The notes beneath the pieces are model-generated. The model saw only the letters and a list, made by a program, of their open reading frames with translations. It searched no databases and had not been told where the DNA came from. From an uncultured Planctomycetaceae bacterium (GTDB taxonomy: Bacteria; Planctomycetota; Planctomycetia; Planctomycetales; Planctomycetaceae), in assembly GCA_963815195.1 (NCBI GenBank), contig CAWFGE010000014.1, forward strand, positions 1 to 64,000: a stretch of 64,000 bases of DNA, read 5' to 3'. Numbering within the stretch: the stretch's first letter is position 1; the number at the start of each line of letters is the position of its first letter. Made by a program: the position numbers and the translations under genes. This document shows, piece by piece, positions 58,739-64,000 of this stretch.

Positions 58739-59086
58739 TCAGAGCAACTCCAGCACATTCTCTGGCGGGCGGCCGAGCACAGCGCGATCACCCCGCACCA
58801 CGATCGGCCGCTCGATGAGCTTGGGGTGTTCGTGCAGAAGTTGGATGGCCTCCTCGCGCGACAATTCACGCGAGCCGAGGCCGAGTTCCTTGTAGACCGA
58901 TTCCCCCTTGCGCATCAAATCTCGTGGCTCAACGCCGAGCTTCTCGAGAATCTGCCCAAGCTCACGAGTCGACGGAGGGGTATCCAGGTAATTGATGATT
59001 TCCGGCTCGATCCCTGCGTCTTGGATGAGTTTGAGCGTCTCGCGGCTCTTTGAGCACCGCGGGTTGTGGTAGATGCGGACTGTCAC
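58739..59086 (-). CDS. arsC: ArsC (glutaredoxin-type arsenate reductase) family protein
   Basis: IYHNPRCSKSR, LMRKGE, HPKLIERPIV, LGRPPE. Confidence 0.9.
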   Translation of the reverse strand: MTVRIYHNPRCSKSRETLKLIQDAGIEPEIINYLDTPPSTRELGQILEKLGVEPRDLMRKGESVYKELGLGSRELSREEAIQLLHEHPKLIERPIVVRGDRAVLGRPPENVLELL

Positions 59087-59148
59087 TGATTCCTCTCAGT
59101 TTTCGAGATGTCAATCGTCAATCATGGCGTTCCGGTCGGGCACCGGCA

Positions 59149-59766
59149 CTATCGCGTCAGATCATGTAATTCCTGCAGGAGTTTTTCCGCGTCCTCATCC
59201 GAAGGGTCCCAAGGGACGGCAACATAATAATTGTCAGGGATGCCAAGCAGGGGTTTCAAGGGGCGGCTCTGTTCGGGAGAAGCGTCCTGCCAATTCTCGG
59301 CTTCGAAGTCGTTGTCCCAAAGGACGCTCGCTTCCAAGCATTCAATCAGAAAGTCCCATATCTCCTTGTCTCGACTTTCGTGATGCGGAAAGTCTTCCAG
59401 TTCCAATTCGCGGGCGGCTGCGAGCACCAATTCTCGCCATGTCGGCAACTTATCGTCGAAACATTTCACGTCAGGCGGCAAATTGATTTCCAGCATTACC
59501 ATTGAGCGGGCATGTTCGTAAACGCTCGCCACCGCGCCTTCGATGACGGCCGTGAGATCCGGGGCGGGTGTGTCGTCACATAACAACGCGTGGGCGACTG
59601 TGTGCAGGGTGGCAATCTTCTGATTTCGCTGCAAAACGTCGAAAACAGGGATGTCGACGGCGAAATCGTCGCTACCCAAAAGATCGACGATCATTCCAAG
59701 GGATGTAACGAACAATCTGCGTTCGGGACCGCGAAGGACGCGCACGCCGCCTGGGGTGTCGTACAT
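59149..59766 (-). CDS. Acidic hypothetical protein
   Basis: 205 aa ORF with GGGAG RBS, 15 nt after the upstream stop. Confidence 0.7.
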   Translation of the reverse strand: MYDTPGGVRVLRGPERRLFVTSLGMIVDLLGSDDFAVDIPVFDVLQRNQKIATLHTVAHALLCDDTPAPDLTAVIEGAVASVYEHARSMVMLEINLPPDVKCFDDKLPTWRELVLAAARELELEDFPHHESRDKEIWDFLIECLEASVLWDNDFEAENWQDASPEQSRPLKPLLGIPDNYYVAVPWDPSDEDAEKLLQELHDLTR

Positions 59767-59781
59767 GAATGTCTCCCCGAT

Positions 59782-61742
59782 TTATCCAGCCCCGCAGCAC
59801 TTTTTGTATTTCTTCCCGCTGCCGCAAGGGCATGGATCATTTCGACCGACCTTGTGGCGGGTGTTGCGGACCGTTAGCGACGCTTCCCGCGGGTCTTCCT
59901 GCACACGGTCTTCAGCGATCATCAGCGGTTGTGATGTGGGGTGGGCGCGGCCAATGGAGGGATCCTTTTGACTGTAGGATGCCCAACTGCGGAGTTCCTC
60001 GACCGTATCCTCGACGCCCGTCGGACGACAGTGGTTTAGCGATTGCCGAAACCGCGATTCCGCTTGTTTGAGGCTCTTGCGCACAGATTCAAGGCTCACC
60101 ATCCCCAAGTCGACTAAATTAAGGCGAAATGCCTTTTCGATTTCACCAAGGGCTTCCCGAGAGGCGAACGAAGCCAGTTCACAGACCAAGCCCGTGGCCA
60201 CATCCGAATCTCGATTGGCAATCGCTTCATTAAGATGTTTGCGAAGGTGCTGGACCGCCACGTCACGCATCATGAGACCGTCACGAACCCAATGCAGGTA
60301 CGTCTGGGCCGCTCCCCAACGCACATATTCATTAAGCGAACGATTCGTAATCAGCTCGTCGATCACTCGCGGAGAATCGTCGGCAAGTGCGGCAAGCACA
60401 CGGGCCAAGTCCTCAGTGATGGCGTCGCCGAAGAGGTCGAATGGTCCCTCGCCCGGAAGCGATACGGCTTTAAGAATCGCCGGCAGCGATTCTTTCGCTC
60501 GAAATTCCGTCAACAGGAACAGTGCAAAAAGATGGCCGTTGCCCGTGGGAAGATTTCCCGCGCGGATCGCTTGGGTGGCTTGCTCGATAAGTTGAACCAA
60601 TCGGGGCATGATTTCGTCGCGCCGGCGCTGAGCCGCTCGCAGCGCTTCCTCGGGCAATTTGCCCGTGTATTCCGCATCGAGGTCGGCGATGATCTCATCC
60701 AGATCCGGCTCTCGCTCCTGATTTCCCCGAGGGGGGCTTTTCGTTGGTTCGCGTTGTTGCGTCTGTTTCGCTTTCCGTGCGTTCGCCACCTGTTCGCGCA
60801 GACGGGCGGCTTCTTCACCTCGGCCAGTCTCGTCACATAACATCGCCAGCCGCTCGAGGATGTATTCCCGATCTTCCACGCCGGAAACAGCGAGACCCGC
60901 TTTCAGAATTTGCTCCGCCCTGGCCGGGTTTTTCCGATCTTCAGGCGCAAAGGCGTGATAGAGATCCGACCAACCAATCCATCCCCATCCCCAGCCAGGC
61001 TCTTGCGCATCCATTGCGTATAAAGTTCCTCCGCGGTATCGTACTCGCCCACGTCCGCATGTGATTCCGCCAAGTCCCTTCGAAAACTGCGAATCAGCGA
61101 AAACTCTCTGTCGGTCTTCTCAGAAAGATCGAGCACCGCACGGCATAAGGCAATTCGCTCCCGAGCCAATGACGGGTTAGCTCGGGCTGCCCAATGCAAT
61201 CCACTGCTGAAATCCTGGACCCAGTTAAAAACAGATTGCGTCCCGCCGAAGCACTCGTCGAATTCCTCAATTGTTGGGATGTCAAAAGTCTGCATCAGAT
61301 ATTGGATGTCGCGCCAAGCCTGGAGCCAAAGCTGAGCCGTTTCGAGCCGGTCCTTGCGATCGTAGGCGTCGTAGCCCTGCTGCATCCGATCGTCGAGCAT
61401 CTCGAAATTCGGCCGGTCCGGGAACCAACGCTCCCAGAGACACACCAGCGAGATCCACACCCAGTCCACCTGATTGTCCGGGATTTCGAGCCCGCTGTGC
61501 TTTGTGATCGCAGTTGCCAAAACTTGAGCCGAAGGGCACTCCCGGCTGAATCGGTCCAGCCAGTCGCGGCTGGCTTTGGTCACACCGAGCGATTTGAGCT
61601 TTTCGAGCAACAATTCATCCGAGAGAATACGCCCGTCAGCCAGCGTGCATTTTCCATTGCGTTTGACAAGCCGACGGGTTTCCTCATCCTCGGCGGCCCG
61701 CTTCTCCAGCATGCGATTCATCGCAATATACGAAATGAACAT
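59782..61742 (-). CDS. DUF1186-like protein with SEC-C motif (frameshift near 61015)
   Basis: [28 protein letters not shown]-terminal [20 protein letters not shown]. Confidence 0.85.
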
Positions 61743-61810
61743 CTCGATCTCCCTGTCAGATGATCCGCAATAGGAATTCGTTCGGACGATGGACGACTTG
61801 AAACAACCTA

Positions 61811-62384
61811 TTATGTCGTCTTGGGCCGCAGTTTTCCTGTGAGCAGGTCATCAAGTTCCCGGGTCACCTGAAGCTTCTCCGCCCAGTGCTTGAGATACTC
61901 CAGATCGAGAGCCCCGGCCTGCACCGTGAACACTCCGGCCGCATCGTACAGTTGCCGTTCCGAAGGCGTCAGCCGGTTCCAATACAGCTTATGAAGGAGC
62001 ACATCCTCGGCCGTGGCGATCCAAGCGGGCGTGCTGAACAGCTCGACGGCGAGTCGCCGGCGAAACATCTCCCGCTCAAACTCGCTGTCGCGAAGCTGCC
62101 AGAAGTCCGCTTTGAGGGCGGACTGCTCGTCCAGCACGTTGAACTGATACGGGGGCTGAAACACCGAACGCACGGACTGGGGTTGAATGAAGAAGCCTTG
62201 TTGGAACCCGGCTACGAATAGATCGACCTGATCCGGCTTCAGGAGAACGACAAAATCGAGGTCGTGCGTGGTTCGGGGGAATCCCCCAAAAGTTGCTGGC
62301 CATCGATCCCGTGAGCATGTAATCGACGCCGATGAGATTGAGTTGATGGAGGACATCAACCAGGAACTCGATTTCGCTTCTCAT
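61811..62384 (-). CDS. Nucleotidyltransferase-fold protein (frameshift near 62280)
   Basis: YMLTGSMASNFWGIP / RTTHDLDFVV, ATAEDVLLHKL, LDLEYLKHWA. Confidence 0.8.
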
Positions 62385-62581
62385 CGCTGTCCCAATTCAA
62401 TCCGTCGCCTCAGATGTTGTTCGACTTCCTTATCCGTGGCGTTCGGATACTGGCGGCGAATCCCCGCCCGTGCAACGTCGCAAGCAAACGTGTGCAGGTC
62501 GAGCGAGATTTTCATGCGTTGTTCGCCGGTCATCGCACGGTAGATTTCAATTTGCTTGGCGAGGGCTTCGTCGGGGGTCAT
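62381..62581 (-). CDS. Small helical partner of the nucleotidyltransferase
   Basis: MTPDEALAKQIEIYRAMTGEQR...AGIRRQYPNA; ATGA overlap. Confidence 0.75.
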   Translation of the reverse strand: MTPDEALAKQIEIYRAMTGEQRMKISLDLHTFACDVARAGIRRQYPNATDKEVEQHLRRRIELGQR

Positions 62582-62990
62582 GGAATCGCCTCGGAAGAAG
62601 CGGGTGTTTGGTGTGGGCTCCGAATCTACGGTAATTCCGGAACCGTCGGCCCGCAAGGGAGCGTCGCCGGAGCGTTTTAGGCAAAGGGTTCGGCCCGGTG
62701 CCGAAAACACGAAGCGTCAACCCACTGGTTTACAGGCGTCCTGTTAACCAGTGGGTGCTGTTCACCAAGAGAGTCCGAGAGTTCGTACGCGATTTTTTGG
62801 GGTCCGGTCGCAACCCTATGGGTTCGGTTCGGACCCCAAAAATCGTTTGCCTAACCGAGAGCGCCGGACCGGCGGGGTAAAATCGCCAAAAGCCTTTGGC
62901 CCACGCGAGTTAAGAAAAAACGCCGGGCGCTCTCGCGCCGACGTTTTCCGTAAACCCTTGGGTACGGGGGTTCCGTACCAAAAGTTTTGG

Positions 62991-63423
62991 CTCCCCGTAC
63001 AAAACCCTCTGCCTAACCGACAAAGAGACAGCGCGGAGAGAGCGCTGAGAGAATCGGCGCTTAATGTTGCACCGGCAGGACTTACGTCAACGGGTAATTG
63101 AGCGGAGAAAAAGAGAGAGCACTCTCAATTCTCCAAAGAGAATTCGCTGGCTCGTCCGTGCGCTCTCAAAAGCTGTTAACCGCCAACGCGCTGCGAACCT
63201 GCAACCCACCGGTGAACAGCGAGAGAGAATGTGAGAGCGCGCGACTGAATCCGTCCCCAAATTCCGCCACGCCGATCGTCGGTCTGAACCGGTTTTTCGG
63301 GCATTCAACATTGGCTTCGGATCAATACCCAAAAACGCGTCGATTGCTGGTTTCGGTGCCGGCTCATCCGGGGTAAAAAAACTCCGTCCACCCTGAATTC
63401 TAGCTTCTCTTGATTTAGCACCT
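62991..63423 (+). repeat. Non-coding leader of the rve-integrase element, copy 2
   Basis: First ~310 nt match 3110-3419; last ~55 nt (GGGGTAAAAAAA...GATTTAGCACCT) match 29828-29882. Confidence 0.85.
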
Positions 63424-64000
63424 ATGTCGAAGATTTTCCACCCTCTGCTCATCATGCTGGCTGGCTGCACCGAAAAAGAGTTGGCTCGCCAAGTCCAATA
63501 CCTGACAGAAGAGAACCGAATCCTCCGAGCCAAGTTGCCAAAGCGGATCACGGTCACATCCGAAGAGCGGCGGAGCCTGCTGAAGTTCGGCAAGCCGGTT
63601 GGGAAGGCGATCAAGGAATTGATCACGATCGTCACGCCGCGGACATTTGCCCGCTGGGTGGCCGCTGAGAAAAAGACAGACGAACCGAAGCAGACGAAGA
63701 AAGCTGGCCGGCCGAGAACGCCGGAAGAGATTCGCGAATTGGTGGTCAATCTGGCAAAAGAAACCGGGTGGGGCTACACCAAAATCTTGGGCGAATTGCG
63801 GAAACTCGGAATTCGCAAGATCACGCGCCAAACGGTGAAAAACATTCTCAAGGAGCACGGCTTCGATCGCGGCCCCAAGCGAGGCAAGGGCACTTGGGAT
63901 GAATTCTTGAAAATCCATGCTGAGACGCTCTGGCAATGTGATTTCTTCTCCAAGAAAGTTTGGACGCTCGGCGGCTTGGTCGAGATGTATGTGCTGGCCT
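63424..64000 (+). CDS. rve integrase-core transposase (runs off window)
   Basis: [27 protein letters not shown]..., paralogue of 29883-30479. Confidence 0.9.
   Translation, partial: MSKIFHPLLIMLAGCTEKELARQVQYLTEENRILRAKLPKRITVTSEERRSLLKFGKPVGKAIKELITIVTPRTFARWVAAEKKTDEPKQTKKAGRPRTPEEIRELVVNLAKETGWGYTKILGELRKLGIRKITRQTVKNILKEHGFDRGPKRGKGTWDEFLKIHAETLWQCDFFSKKVWTLGGLVEMYVLA

Noticed and set aside
1..64000. tRNA or rRNA genes
   Set aside because: None recognised by eye; a tRNAscan/Infernal run is needed to exclude them.

Overview
GC-rich bacterial DNA, very likely from a planctomycete (planctomycete-type secreted-protein N-terminus, Ub-like/sigma-like module, planctomycete-type rve integrases). 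About 57 kb is a rearranged accessory/defence island; housekeeping-like genes start at about 57.9 kb. In order: a truncated ubiquitin-like module; a NarL-type regulator; an Ig-repeat protein with a C-terminal zinc peptidase and a secreted partner; a nest of ISKra4, two IS66 left arms and an intact three-recombinase RIT element that cuts both IS66 tnpB genes after codon 20; an RHS remnant; a transposase-less TGT...ACA element; a serine-recombinase remnant; a tandem DUF262 (GmrSD/TgvAB-like) pair; DUF5131 split by ISL3; a DEDDh exonuclease split by ISL3 plus ISAzo13, abutting an orphan type I-E-like CRISPR array (12 repeats); a ~19 kb minus-strand cluster (lipase, trypsin-nuclease fusion, zinc peptidase, two ~2,100-2,200 aa proteins, deacetylase, hydrolase) that I cannot assign to a described system; broken type I R-M genes fused to a truncated group II intron; and an MBL + E2-E1-JAB (6A-MBL-like) locus with an extra membrane gene. 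Roughly 25 apparent single-base frameshifts, some in housekeeping-like genes, suggest sequencing indels, so split ORFs were joined by eye. Family calls come from motif recognition; no searches were run.
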